Below are positions 1 to 8,737 of a stretch of DNA of 27,159 bases, piece after piece; within the stretch, counting starts at the first letter, position 1, and each line of letters opens with the position of its first letter. The notes under the pieces are model-generated. The model ran no database searches, had not been told where the DNA came from, and was given only the letters and a program-made list of their open reading frames with translations. Location of the stretch: NCBI GenBank assembly GCA_031459535.1, contig JAVKIJ010000040.1, forward strand, positions 1 through 27,159. The letters run 5' to 3'. A program made the translations under genes and the position numbers. This stretch comes from Candidatus Fervidifonticultor quintus. Lineage in GTDB: Bacteria; Sysuimicrobiota; Sysuimicrobiia; Sysuimicrobiales; Humicultoraceae.

Positions 1-235
1 GGTCGTAGACGCGGCACGCCTGGCCACCGGCCGGCAGGTTGTGCTCACCCCCACGTCTGCGGGCACAGGCCCGATGAGCGATGTGGGTGAACCGCTGGAT
101 CTGCCGATCCTCAGCATCGGTGTCGGCTACTGGGGGTGCAATGCCCACGCACCGGACGAGCACATTCGGCTCGCTGACTTCCAGGAGACGGTCGTGATGA
201 TGGCGCACGTGCTGGAACGCTTTGCCTCCCTGTGA
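1..235 (+). CDS. M20/M25/M40 family metallo-hydrolase, C-terminal fragment (5' end outside window)
   Basis: Frame is open from base 2 (VVDAARLATGRQVVLTPTSAGTGPM...NAHAPDEHIRLADF). It carries the M20 C-terminal H-x-P-x-E motif and aligns without gaps to the C-terminus of the 269..1618 protein. Confidence 0.85.
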   Translation, partial: VVDAARLATGRQVVLTPTSAGTGPMSDVGEPLDLPILSIGVGYWGCNAHAPDEHIRLADFQETVVMMAHVLERFASL

Positions 236-268
236 GGCTTCCGCAGACGGTCTGACCAGGAGAATCCG

Positions 269-1618
269 ATGACGCTCAAAGATGCTGCTGCAGCCCAACA
301 TACCAGCGCGCTGGAACTGGTGCGGACCCTCGTCCGACAACCCAGCGTCGCCGCCACTGGCGAGGGGATCGCCGAGTGTGCCGCGCTGGTCCGCCGGGCC
401 CTCGAGCAGGCCGGCGCCCGCGTCCAGGTCCACCAGCTCGGTGAGGCGGCGCCTCTGGTCATCGCCGAATTCCCGGGCGCCGGCAACCGCACCCTGCTGT
501 TCTACAACCACTACGACGTGCAGCCGCCGGATCCGCTGGACGAGTGGGAATCGCCGCCGTTCGAACCGACGATCCGCAACGGCCTGCTCTACGGCCGGGG
601 CGTCTCCGACAACAAGGGCGACCTGACCACGCGCATCGCGGCGGTCGCGGCGCTCCGGGCCACGCACGGCCAGCTGCCCGCCACGGTGAAGTTCCTGGTG
701 GAAGGCGAGGAAGAGATCGGCTCGGTCCACTTCGGCCGGTACGTGCAGCGCTACAAGGAGGCGCTTGGCGCGGACGCCTGCATCTGGGAGTTCGGCCAGC
801 GGGATCTTGGAGAGCGCCTGGTGATCACGCTGGGGGTCAAGGGTATCTGCTACCTGGACCTGGAGCTGGAGGCCACCAGCCGCGATCTGCACTCATCGTT
901 GGGCGCCATCGTGGACGGCGCGGCAACCAAGATGGCCTGGGCGCTGGCCTCCCTCAAGGATCCCACGACCGGCCGAGTCCTGGTGGAAGGCTTTTACGAT
1001 CGCGTGCGGGCGCCGAGCGCCCGGGAGCTCGAGGCTGCGCAGCAGATGCCGTTCGACGAGCAGGAGCTCAAGGCGCACATGGGAGTGGAGCGGTTCATTG
1101 GCGGGTTGACCGGTCTCGACGCGCAACTCCACCTGCTCTACCAGCCCACCTGTACCGTGTGCGGTTTCGAGAGCGGCTACACCGGGAAGGGGTCCAAGAC
1201 CGTGCTGCCGCGCCGGGCACGGGCGAAGGTGGACTTCCGGCTCGTCCCCGATCAGGACCCCGAAGAGATCGCGGCCCTGGTGCGCCGCCACTTCCAGCGC
1301 CAGGGGCTCGACGTGAAGATCACGCTGCTGGGGGGCGAGCGCGCCTACCGCACGAACCTCGACGATCCGTTCGTCGGCCTCGTGACGGAGGCGGTCCGGG
1401 AGGCGACCGGCCGGGTGGTCACCGTTCATCCCACGTCGCCCGGCACCGGACCGATGTACGATGTGGGCGGGGTGCTCGGCGTCCCTATCGCCGGCCTCGG
1501 AGGCGGCTACTGGGGCGGGAGGGCCCATGCCCCCAACGAGAACATCCGGCTCGCCGACTTCCACGAGACGATCTACCTGATGGCCCGGCTCATCGAGCGC
1601 TTCGCCGGGCTGCCCTAA
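269..1618 (+). CDS. M20/M25/M40 family metallo-hydrolase (dipeptidase/ArgE-DapE-like)
   Basis: Motifs YNHYDVQP, YGRGVSDNKG, EGEEEIGS and AHAPNE; GGAG-like RBS upstream. Confidence 0.92.
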   Translation: MTLKDAAAAQHTSALELVRTLVRQPSVAATGEGIAECAALVRRALEQAGARVQVHQLGEAAPLVIAEFPGAGNRTLLFYNHYDVQPPDPLDEWESPPFEPTIRNGLLYGRGVSDNKGDLTTRIAAVAALRATHGQLPATVKFLVEGEEEIGSVHFGRYVQRYKEALGADACIWEFGQRDLGERLVITLGVKGICYLDLELEATSRDLHSSLGAIVDGAATKMAWALASLKDPTTGRVLVEGFYDRVRAPSARELEAAQQMPFDEQELKAHMGVERFIGGLTGLDAQLHLLYQPTCTVCGFESGYTGKGSKTVLPRRARAKVDFRLVPDQDPEEIAALVRRHFQRQGLDVKITLLGGERAYRTNLDDPFVGLVTEAVREATGRVVTVHPTSPGTGPMYDVGGVLGVPIAGLGGGYWGGRAHAPNENIRLADFHETIYLMARLIERFAGLP

Positions 1619-3003
1619 CCCTGCGGGCGTTGCATCCGGTCCTTGAGCGCGGCCAGCGGCGGGCTCAAGGCTACATGATAGGTCGCGGTTTCGTCCAGCC
1701 GGCGATGCTCCTCGGGCAGGGCGGCGAGGCGTTCGGTGCAGCGTCGGCGGATCTGGGCGAGGCTCTCGGCGTGTTGGCGCCGTCCGGCCCGCATGACCTC
1801 CACCAGCAGCGGCGTGCTGCCCTGCGGGCCCGGCTCATGGATCAGCGCGATCAGGTCCTCTTCAGGTTGACCATGGGCGTCAGCGCGCCGCCAGACCTGC
1901 TTGCGGCCGGGCAGGGTGGCCTTGCCGGTGCTGAGCTTCACCCGGTAGCCTTTCTCGTCTTCGACCAGCTTGTAGACCCCGCCGATGCTGGGCGCATCGG
2001 CTGAGGTCCCCAGTTCGGTGCCGACCCCGAATGCGTCCACGGCGGCGCCCTGGTCCAACAGTTCGCTGATGCGATATTCATTCAAGTCGCCGCTCAGCAG
2101 GATCTGCACCTCGCGGAAGCCGGCGTCGTCCAGCGCCCGGCGCACGGCCCGGCTCTGTGCCACCAAGTCGCCGCTGTCAATGCGGACCCCACGCAACCGC
2201 GCACCGCGGCCCGCCATCTCCCGGCCCACGGTGATGGCGTTGGCTGCGCCCTGGAGCGTGTCATAGGTGTCGATGAGCAGAACCGCGTTATGGGGAAAGT
2301 CGCGCGCGAACGCCCGAAACGCCTCCAGCTCGTCAGAGAAGGACATGATGTACGAGTGGGCCATGGTGCCCACGACGGGGATGCCGTAGAGCATGCCGGC
2401 CAGCACGTTCGAGGTCCCGGTGCAACCGGCCAGATACGCGGCCCGGGCAGCCTTGAGAGCTGCGTCGGTGCCGTGATCGCGCCGTGGCGAGAAGTCCACG
2501 ACCCCGCGGCCGCGCGCGGCCAGCACGCAGCGGGCCGCCTTGCTGGCCACCATGACCTGGAAGTTCAGCGTATTGAGCAGGAAGGTCTCGACGATCTGGG
2601 CTTCGATGCGGGGCGCTGTGACCTCGAGCAGCGGCTCCTGGGGGAAGAAGACCTCGCCTTCCGGGATTGCGCGCACGTCACCGGTGAACCGGAAACCCCG
2701 GAGGAAGTCCAGGAAGCCGTCGCTGAAGAGCCTCAGGCTGGCGAGATATCGTATGACCTCGTCGCCAAACCGCATGGTCTCCAGGCCGGCCAGCGCCGTG
2801 TCCAACCCCGCGCTCACCAGGAATGTCCGGTTGGGGGGCAGCGTGCGGACAAAGAGGGCGAACGTCGCCCGATCGTTCATCCCGTGACGGAAATAACTGT
2901 CTGTCATGGCCAGCTCGTAGAGGTCCACGAGCAATGCCAGGTTGTCGGGCGTGATGTAGCCAAACCCGGGGGCTCCCGGAGCCGACGGCGATTGGTCGCT
3001 CAT
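1615..3003 (-). CDS. pncB: Nicotinate phosphoribosyltransferase
   Basis: LLVDLYELAM, DFSPRR, GTSNV, GTMAHS (phospho-His motif), LIDTYD, GVRIDSGD, FGVGT, GGVYKL; start overlaps the corA stop (ATGA). Confidence 0.93.
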   Translation of the reverse strand: MSDQSPSAPGAPGFGYITPDNLALLVDLYELAMTDSYFRHGMNDRATFALFVRTLPPNRTFLVSAGLDTALAGLETMRFGDEVIRYLASLRLFSDGFLDFLRGFRFTGDVRAIPEGEVFFPQEPLLEVTAPRIEAQIVETFLLNTLNFQVMVASKAARCVLAARGRGVVDFSPRRDHGTDAALKAARAAYLAGCTGTSNVLAGMLYGIPVVGTMAHSYIMSFSDELEAFRAFARDFPHNAVLLIDTYDTLQGAANAITVGREMAGRGARLRGVRIDSGDLVAQSRAVRRALDDAGFREVQILLSGDLNEYRISELLDQGAAVDAFGVGTELGTSADAPSIGGVYKLVEDEKGYRVKLSTGKATLPGRKQVWRRADAHGQPEEDLIALIHEPGPQGSTPLLVEVMRAGRRQHAESLAQIRRRCTERLAALPEEHRRLDETATYHVALSPPLAALKDRMQRPQG

Positions 3004-3992
3004 AGCCAGCGCAGGCGGCGGAAGATAGCGAGCATGATCAGGACGCTAGAGGCCATAACCCCCAGCGCCGCGTGGAACCCATAGGGCCACTCGAACGGCG
3101 GGAAGACGCGGCTGAAGTTCATGCCGTAGATCCCCGAGATCACGGCCAGGGACGCGAAGACGGCGGTGATGATCGTGAGCACCTTCATGATCTCGTTGAG
3201 CCGGTTGCTGACCAAGCTCAGGTAGATGTCGAGCGCGCTGGCCAGCAGGTCGCGGTGGGTGTCAATCTGTTCGGTGATGCGCAGCAGGTGGTCGTAGACG
3301 TCCCGAAAGTAGGCGCGCAGCGGCTCCCCGACCAGCACCGTGTCGTGGCGCATCACCAGGTTCATCATGTCGCGCTGCGGCGCGGCTACGCGCCGCAGGT
3401 GCAGCAGCGACCGCTTGGCCGCGAACAGGCGATCCATGGTCTCCCGGGCCGGATTCACGAAGAGGGTGTCCTCCAGATCTTCGATGTAGCCGTCGAGGAT
3501 GTCCAGCACTGGGAAATAAGAATCTACCACCGCATCGAGGATGGCGTACAGCAGATACCCGGGCATGCAGCGCAGGTCAGGCGGCGCCTGTCGCAGGCGA
3601 CGCCTGACCTCTTCGATGGCCGGCGGCACCCCGCTATGGACCGTGATGACGTATCCCGCCCCGTAGAAGACGTCGATCTCGTCCAGTGCCACGTCTTCCC
3701 CGCGTTCGCCGGCGGGACGGGCAGCATGCGTCGTGATGAACAAGAACCCCTCGTACTCCTCCGCCTTCGGTCGCTGCCGGCGCTGGAGGGCGTCTTCGAC
3801 GGCCAGCGGGTGGAGGCGGAAGATGCGGGCCACACGCTCCATGGCGTCATGGGTGGGATCGGCCAGGTCGATCCAGGTGACCTGCCCCTCGCGGGCGGCG
3901 AGGGTCTCGAGGGGCTCAGGCGGGTCGGCGATCACCTCGGCCCCGCGCAGCGCCAGGACGTGCATGATGGGGACCGGCGACGCGGTGCGCAT
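3000..3992 (-). CDS. corA: Magnesium/cobalt transporter CorA
   Basis: WIDL, LHPLAVED, QRPKAEEY, YFRDVYDHL, NRLNEIMKVLT, the GIYGMNF signature and two C-terminal TM helices. Start taken at ATG 3992 (alternative 3965); the ORF-track extension to 4133 overlaps the peroxiredoxin. Confidence 0.9.
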   Translation of the reverse strand: MRTASPVPIMHVLALRGAEVIADPPEPLETLAAREGQVTWIDLADPTHDAMERVARIFRLHPLAVEDALQRRQRPKAEEYEGFLFITTHAARPAGERGEDVALDEIDVFYGAGYVITVHSGVPPAIEEVRRRLRQAPPDLRCMPGYLLYAILDAVVDSYFPVLDILDGYIEDLEDTLFVNPARETMDRLFAAKRSLLHLRRVAAPQRDMMNLVMRHDTVLVGEPLRAYFRDVYDHLLRITEQIDTHRDLLASALDIYLSLVSNRLNEIMKVLTIITAVFASLAVISGIYGMNFSRVFPPFEWPYGFHAALGVMASSVLIMLAIFRRLRWL

Positions 3993-4086
3993 CGCAGGTG
4001 ATGTTCGGCCCGAGGCGGAGTCCTCCTTGTAGGAATAGGGCCGCGCCGGGTGCGGTTGGAGGACGGGTGAAAGGGGTGAGAGGACC

Positions 4087-4563
4087 GTGGCAGTCGAGGT
4101 GGGCCAGCAGGTTCCCGATGTCATGCTCGTCAACTACGACCGCAAGGCGGTGAGGCTGCGCGAGTTGCTCGGCAGACCCACGGTGCTGGCGTTCTTCCCG
4201 GGCGCCTTCACGGGAGTCTGCACCAGGGAGATGTGCGCATTCCGCGACAGCCTGGCGAAGTTCAATGCCCTGGGTGCGCAGGTCATCGGCATCAGCGTGG
4301 ACACGCCCTTCGCGCAGAAGGCGTTCGCCGACGCCAACGGCCTGAATTTCCCGCTGGTCTCCGATTTCAACCGCGAGGCCGTCCGAGCCTTCGACCTAGA
4401 GGATCCCGGATTTGCCGGCGGCCTGCTGCCGGGCGTTGCCAGGCGCTCGGTGTTCGTGGTCGATGGGGACGGGGCTGTCCGGTTCAAGTGGGTCGCTCCC
4501 ACCCCGGCGACGGAGCCGGACTACGCCGCCGTGGAGTCCGCGGTCAAGAATCTCGCGCGCTGA
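4087..4563 (+). CDS. Peroxiredoxin (AhpC/TSA family, AhpE/BCP-like)
   Basis: FFPGAFTGVCTREMC (PxxxTxxC peroxidatic motif plus a second Cys), GISVD, SDFN, RSVFVVD; GAGAGGA RBS before the GTG start. Confidence 0.9.
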   Translation: MAVEVGQQVPDVMLVNYDRKAVRLRELLGRPTVLAFFPGAFTGVCTREMCAFRDSLAKFNALGAQVIGISVDTPFAQKAFADANGLNFPLVSDFNREAVRAFDLEDPGFAGGLLPGVARRSVFVVDGDGAVRFKWVAPTPATEPDYAAVESAVKNLAR

Positions 4564-5626
4564 TCGCCAACACGTCCTGGGACGGCGGGGCTGGCGCTGC
4601 GAGCTTCGCGGCCCGCACGCCGAGCAGGCGCACCGGCCGGTCCACGGTCACCCGCTCGAGCAATTCCAGGGCCACGCGGGCCACCGTCTCCTCGTCGTCA
4701 ACGGGCGCGGCCAGCGTCCGTGACCTCGTGACGGTGTGGAAGGGTACCAGGCGAATCTTCAGCGTGATGGTCGCCGCCCGGTATCCCTCCTCGCGCAGGT
4801 CGCCGGCGACTTGGGCGGCGAGCCGCATGATTGCCTGGCGAATCGCTTCGGGCCGGCGCAGGTCCACCTGGAAGGTGCGCTCCCGGCTGATGGACTTGGG
4901 TTCCCAGCCGGCTTCCACCGGGCTGTCGTCAATGCCGCGGGCGATGCGGTGTAAGTGGGTGCCGGCACGGGGCCCGAACGTCTCCTGCAGGCGGTCCTCC
5001 GGGACAGCGGCCAGGTCGCTGACCGTCCTGACGCCGAACACTTCCTGCAGATGGGCAGCCGTTTTGGGCCCCACGCCCCATAGCACGGTGACCGGGAGCG
5101 GAGCCAGCCGCGATTGGACCTCGTCCGGGGGAATGACCACCAGACCGTCGGGCTTACTCAGCCCCGATGCGATCTTAGCCACTAGCTTGTTGGGCCCCAC
5201 GCCGACCGACGCAGTCAGGTGCAGTTCCCTGGCGATGCGGTCCTTCACGGCACGCGCGACGGCTTCGCCGGTCTCGGGCAGGCCGGTGCAGTCGAGGAAC
5301 GCCTCGTCCAGGCCCAGCGACTCCACCACGGCGCCGGTGTCGCGGAGGATGGCGTGCATTCGCTCGGAAACTGCCCGGTAGGCGTCGAAATCCACGGGCA
5401 GGAAGACGGCATGGGCGCACAGTCGGTACGCGGTACGCAGCGGCATGCCCGAGTAGACGCCGAACTTACGGGCTTCGTAGGACGCCGTGGAGACGACGCC
5501 CCGTTTGCGCGGATTGCCATCGCCGCCGACGATGACCGGTCGACCACGGAGATCGGGCCGGCGCAGCTGCTCGACCGCCGCGAAGAACGCATCCATGTCG
5601 ACGTGGAGGATGGTCCGGCCTGCCAT
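4544..5626 (-). CDS. dinB: DNA polymerase IV (Y family)
   Basis: ILHVDMDAFFAAVE, ASYEARKFGV, LDEAFLD, NKLVAKIAS, KPDG, WGVGPKT, KSISRERTF, VRLLGV. Start at ATG 5626. Confidence 0.94.
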   Translation of the reverse strand: MAGRTILHVDMDAFFAAVEQLRRPDLRGRPVIVGGDGNPRKRGVVSTASYEARKFGVYSGMPLRTAYRLCAHAVFLPVDFDAYRAVSERMHAILRDTGAVVESLGLDEAFLDCTGLPETGEAVARAVKDRIARELHLTASVGVGPNKLVAKIASGLSKPDGLVVIPPDEVQSRLAPLPVTVLWGVGPKTAAHLQEVFGVRTVSDLAAVPEDRLQETFGPRAGTHLHRIARGIDDSPVEAGWEPKSISRERTFQVDLRRPEAIRQAIMRLAAQVAGDLREEGYRAATITLKIRLVPFHTVTRSRTLAAPVDDEETVARVALELLERVTVDRPVRLLGVRAAKLAAPAPPSQDVLAISARDS

Positions 5627-5691
5627 GAGCCTTCTCTTCTGACAGTTCGCGGTGTTCGGGCGGCGAGTCCTACTGGGAGGCAAGGCGGGCC

Positions 5692-6441
5692 ATGATCCGG
5701 CTGGACGGGAAAGTGACATTGATCACCGGCGGGACTGCGGGCTTCGGCCTGGCGACCGCACGGCTGGCGCGAGAACTGGGCGCGAAGGTGGCCATCGCCG
5801 CCCGGCGGGCGGATGCTGGCCAGGAGGCTGCTGATGTCCTGGGCCCGGATGCGCTGTTCGTGCCGGCGGACGTGTCGATCGAGCGGGACGTTCAGCGCCT
5901 GATCGCCGCGGTCATCGCGCGCTTCGGGCACCTGCACGTGCTGGTCAACAACGCGGGCATCATCCGCCGCGTGCCAGTGCTGGAGGAAGATGCCGCGCAC
6001 TGGGACCACCTGCTGGCGGTCAACCTGCGCGGCACCTTCCTGTGCTGCAAGTACGCGCTGCCTCACCTGATTCTCACCAGGGGCGCCATCGTCAATGTGT
6101 CGTCCAACCTGGCGTTTGGCACTCCCCATGGCCGCACACCGGCCTACGACGCCAGCAAGGCCGGCGTCCTGGCGCTGACCCGGGCCATCGCAGTGCGGTA
6201 CGGGCCGGACGGTGTCCGTGCCAATGCCATCTGCCCGGCGTTCATCCCCACGGACCTGAACAGGGACGTCTGGGAGGGATGGACCGAGGACCAGCGGGCG
6301 GCGTTCGTGGAGACATTCCCGCTGCGCCGCGCGGGGACACCGGAGGATGTGGCGCGCGCCATCGTCTTTCTGGCCTCCGACGCGGCGTCGTGGATCACCG
6401 GTACAACCCTCTGCGTCGACGGCGGCCGCGGGGCGATGTGA
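5692..6441 (+). CDS. Short-chain dehydrogenase/reductase (SDR)
   Basis: TGGTAGFG, LVNNAG, catalytic YDASK, VRANAICP, VDGG; GGAGG RBS. Confidence 0.92.
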   Translation: MIRLDGKVTLITGGTAGFGLATARLARELGAKVAIAARRADAGQEAADVLGPDALFVPADVSIERDVQRLIAAVIARFGHLHVLVNNAGIIRRVPVLEEDAAHWDHLLAVNLRGTFLCCKYALPHLILTRGAIVNVSSNLAFGTPHGRTPAYDASKAGVLALTRAIAVRYGPDGVRANAICPAFIPTDLNRDVWEGWTEDQRAAFVETFPLRRAGTPEDVARAIVFLASDAASWITGTTLCVDGGRGAM

Positions 6442-6481
6442 GGGCGCAGAGAGCCCGTGGACTACGGAGAGGGAGCGTTCC

Positions 6482-7108
6482 ATGAACGGACTGGCACGAC
6501 GACTGTGGGACGAACACCGGGACATCGCCGAGCGATGCCTGGCCCATCCCTTCGTGCAGGGCATCGCCAGCGGAGCGCTGCCTAGGGACCGCTTCGCGTT
6601 CTATGTAGAGCAGGATGCCTTCTTCCTGGAGACCTTCGCCCGCGCCTACGCCCTGGCCCTGGCCAAGAGCCCGGATCGCGAAGGGCTGTCCGCCTTCAAG
6701 GCGCTGTTGGATGGCGCGCTGGACGAACTGAAGCTGCACCGGGAGTACGCGGCTAGGTGGGGTTTGACGCTGACCCCGGTGCCGTCTGCAGAGACCCGCG
6801 CGTATACGGACTTCCTCCTCGCGGTGGCGTCGCTGGAGCCTGCCGGTCACATCGCGGCGGCCATGGCCCCATGCATGCGGCTCTACGCCTACCTGGGACA
6901 AGCGTTGCTGCCGGTCGTCACACCGTCCAGCGCCTACAGGGAGTGGGTGGACACCTACAGCAGCGCCAACTTCGAGGGCCTGGCCGCCACGCTCGAGGGG
7001 CTCCTTGACCGGTACGGTGGCGATCCGGCCAGGATGGGCGCGCACTATCGTTGGGCCATGACGCTGGAATGGCGCTTCTTCGACGCGGCCTGGCGACACG
7101 GAGCTTGA
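6482..7108 (+). CDS. tenA: TenA family aminopyrimidine aminohydrolase / thiaminase II
   Basis: HPFVQGI, FAFYVEQDAFFL, AYTDFL, MAPCMRLY (catalytic Cys), YREWVDTYS, LEWRFFD. Start at ATG 6482 after GAGGGAG; adjacent to thiamine genes. Confidence 0.9.
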   Translation: MNGLARRLWDEHRDIAERCLAHPFVQGIASGALPRDRFAFYVEQDAFFLETFARAYALALAKSPDREGLSAFKALLDGALDELKLHREYAARWGLTLTPVPSAETRAYTDFLLAVASLEPAGHIAAAMAPCMRLYAYLGQALLPVVTPSSAYREWVDTYSSANFEGLAATLEGLLDRYGGDPARMGAHYRWAMTLEWRFFDAAWRHGA

Positions 7109-7119
7109 TCGGCTATACT
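7091..7119 (+). promoter_or_regulatory. Putative sigma70-type promoter for the riboswitch-controlled thi operon
   Basis: TATACT at 7114-7119 in a locally AT-rich patch; weak -35 (TGGCGA, 7091-7096) 17 bp upstream; about 30 nt before the TPP aptamer. Confidence 0.45.
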
Positions 7120-7147
7120 GAAGTAGTAGCCAGAACTATATAGCGAT

Positions 7148-7256
7148 CCTCTGGGGGAGCTCGGGCGAGCCGGGCTGAGAGTGCGACCTGTCCGAAGGGG
7201 GCGCCGTCGCAGACCCCAAGCACCCGATCCAGACAATGCTGGCGTGGGGAGCGAGG
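7148..7256 (+). ncRNA. TPP (THI-box) riboswitch aptamer
   Basis: GGGGAGC...GCTGAGA...AGACCC...ACCCGATCCAGACAATGCTGGCGTGGGGA. P1 is CCTC(7148-7151)/GAGG(7253-7256), P4 is CCC/GGG in place of the usual CCU/AGG, and there is an extra stem TGCGAC/GTCGCA. It lies directly upstream of thiamine salvage genes. Confidence 0.95.
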
Positions 7257-7264
7257 TGGACGAG

Positions 7265-7308
7265 TCGCAGCCGCCAGTCCGGGACGGATGGGCGGCTGCG
7301 AGATTTCT
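7265..7308 (+). terminator. Riboswitch expression-platform hairpin (possible intrinsic terminator)
   Basis: 11-bp inverted repeat TCGCAGCCGCC (7265-7275)/GGCGGCTGCGA (7291-7301) followed only by GATTTCT, a weak U-tract; it sits between the aptamer and the cytX RBS. Confidence 0.5.
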
Positions 7309-7325
7309 GGAGCGGAGGTGAGAGC

Positions 7326-8732
7326 GTGGCCGCGTCAACGGTAACCGCCGCCGAGGCATGGTGGCGCGAGCCGCCGGAATGGGGCATCCAGCCCGTGCCC
7401 TCGGCGCTGCGACAGTTGCGGCGGTGGGATGTCGGCGTCCTCTGGTGGAATCTGGGCATCAGCCTGCTGGTCCTGGTTGCCGGAGCCCTGCTGGTGCCGG
7501 GCCTGGGGCTGCGCGACGCGGTCGCGGCCACCGCCGTCGGCGCGCTGCTGGGGAACCTGTTGCTGGGCATCGCTGGCTACATCGGCGGCCGGACCGGACT
7601 GCCGGGTATGGTGTTGTTGCGCGCGCCCATGGGCGTGCGGGGCTCGTATGCGCCCACGGCGCTCAACATCCTCCAGAACATCGGGTGGGGCGCGTTTGAG
7701 CTGATCATCATCGCGACCGCTGCGCACGAGATCAGCCGGCGCCTGTTCGGGGTGTCCGCCTATGGGTTCTGGGTGGTCCTGTTCGGCGCCATCTGCACGC
7801 TGATGGCTGTCGGCGGACCGTTGGTGGTGGTCAGGCGCTGGATCGGCCGCTACGCCGTCTGGCTGGTGCTGCTCTCGACCGCCTACCTGAGCTGGTACGC
7901 GGTCACGCGCTTCGATCTTCGGACGCTGTGGGGGAAGCCAGGGGATGGGTCGCTGCCGTTCTGGCTCGGCGTCGATCTGGTAGTGGCCATGCCGATCTCA
8001 TGGATCCCGCTGGCCGCAGACTACACCCGCTTCGCTCGCCGTTCGCGGGATGCCTTCTGGGGCACGGCCGCCGGGTACGCCATCGCCCACGTCTGGTTCT
8101 ACGTGCTGGGCGCCGTCTTTCTCCTGTCCCTGCAGGCGAAGGATCTCGTCCAGGCGGTGCTGGCGATCCCCGCGGGAGGGCTGGCGCTACTGATCCTCCT
8201 CGTGGACGAGACCGACGAGGCCTTCGCCAACGTCTACTCCACGTCGGTGTCGCTGCAGAACCTGTTCCCCAGGGCGAGCCAGCGGGCGCTCGCTGCCGGC
8301 GTGGGCGCGCTGTGTACCGCCCTGGCAGCCACGATCCCGCTGGCGCAGTACGAGAGCTTCCTGTTCCTGATCGGAGCGTTTTTCGTGCCGCTGTTTGGGG
8401 TGCTAGCCGCGGACTACTTCGTCATCAGGCGGAGGCGCTACGAGGCCGATGACCTGGCCACGTCGTCCCCGCGCACCACGTCCCGGGGCGTGCGGTGGCG
8501 CGCGGTGCTGGTCTGGGCCGTGGGATTTGCGCTGTATCAGTGGATCGCGCCTACGGACATCCCCGGGTGGAAGGTGGCCCTGGCGGTGCTGGCTGGCGCC
8601 GCCGGCGTGCCGTTCCCCCTCAGCGGCGCGCTCCCCTGGCTGGGCGCCTCGCTGCCAAGCTTCCTCGCGGCGTTCGTGCTCCACTGCCTGTTCGGCCGCG
8701 GCGAGGTTTCGGCACAACCCATCTGGAGGTGA
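7326..8732 (+). CDS. cytX: NCS1/cytosine-permease family transporter, putative hydroxymethylpyrimidine transporter CytX
   Basis: Many hydrophobic helices; LNILQNIGWGAFE, VAMPISWIPLAADYTRF, DETDEAFANVYS, YESFLFLIGAFFVPLFGVLAADYF; GGAGGTG RBS before GTG 7326; first gene under the TPP riboswitch. Confidence 0.85.
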   Translation: MAASTVTAAEAWWREPPEWGIQPVPSALRQLRRWDVGVLWWNLGISLLVLVAGALLVPGLGLRDAVAATAVGALLGNLLLGIAGYIGGRTGLPGMVLLRAPMGVRGSYAPTALNILQNIGWGAFELIIIATAAHEISRRLFGVSAYGFWVVLFGAICTLMAVGGPLVVVRRWIGRYAVWLVLLSTAYLSWYAVTRFDLRTLWGKPGDGSLPFWLGVDLVVAMPISWIPLAADYTRFARRSRDAFWGTAAGYAIAHVWFYVLGAVFLLSLQAKDLVQAVLAIPAGGLALLILLVDETDEAFANVYSTSVSLQNLFPRASQRALAAGVGALCTALAATIPLAQYESFLFLIGAFFVPLFGVLAADYFVIRRRRYEADDLATSSPRTTSRGVRWRAVLVWAVGFALYQWIAPTDIPGWKVALAVLAGAAGVPFPLSGALPWLGASLPSFLAAFVLHCLFGRGEVSAQPIWR

Positions 8733-8737
8733 TATAG

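Noticed and set aside
5645-5657. Possible LexA/SOS box upstream of dinB (GTTC-N5-GTTC)
   Set aside because: Matches neither GAAC-N4-GTTC nor GTTC-N7-GTTC nor CTGT-N8-ACAG.
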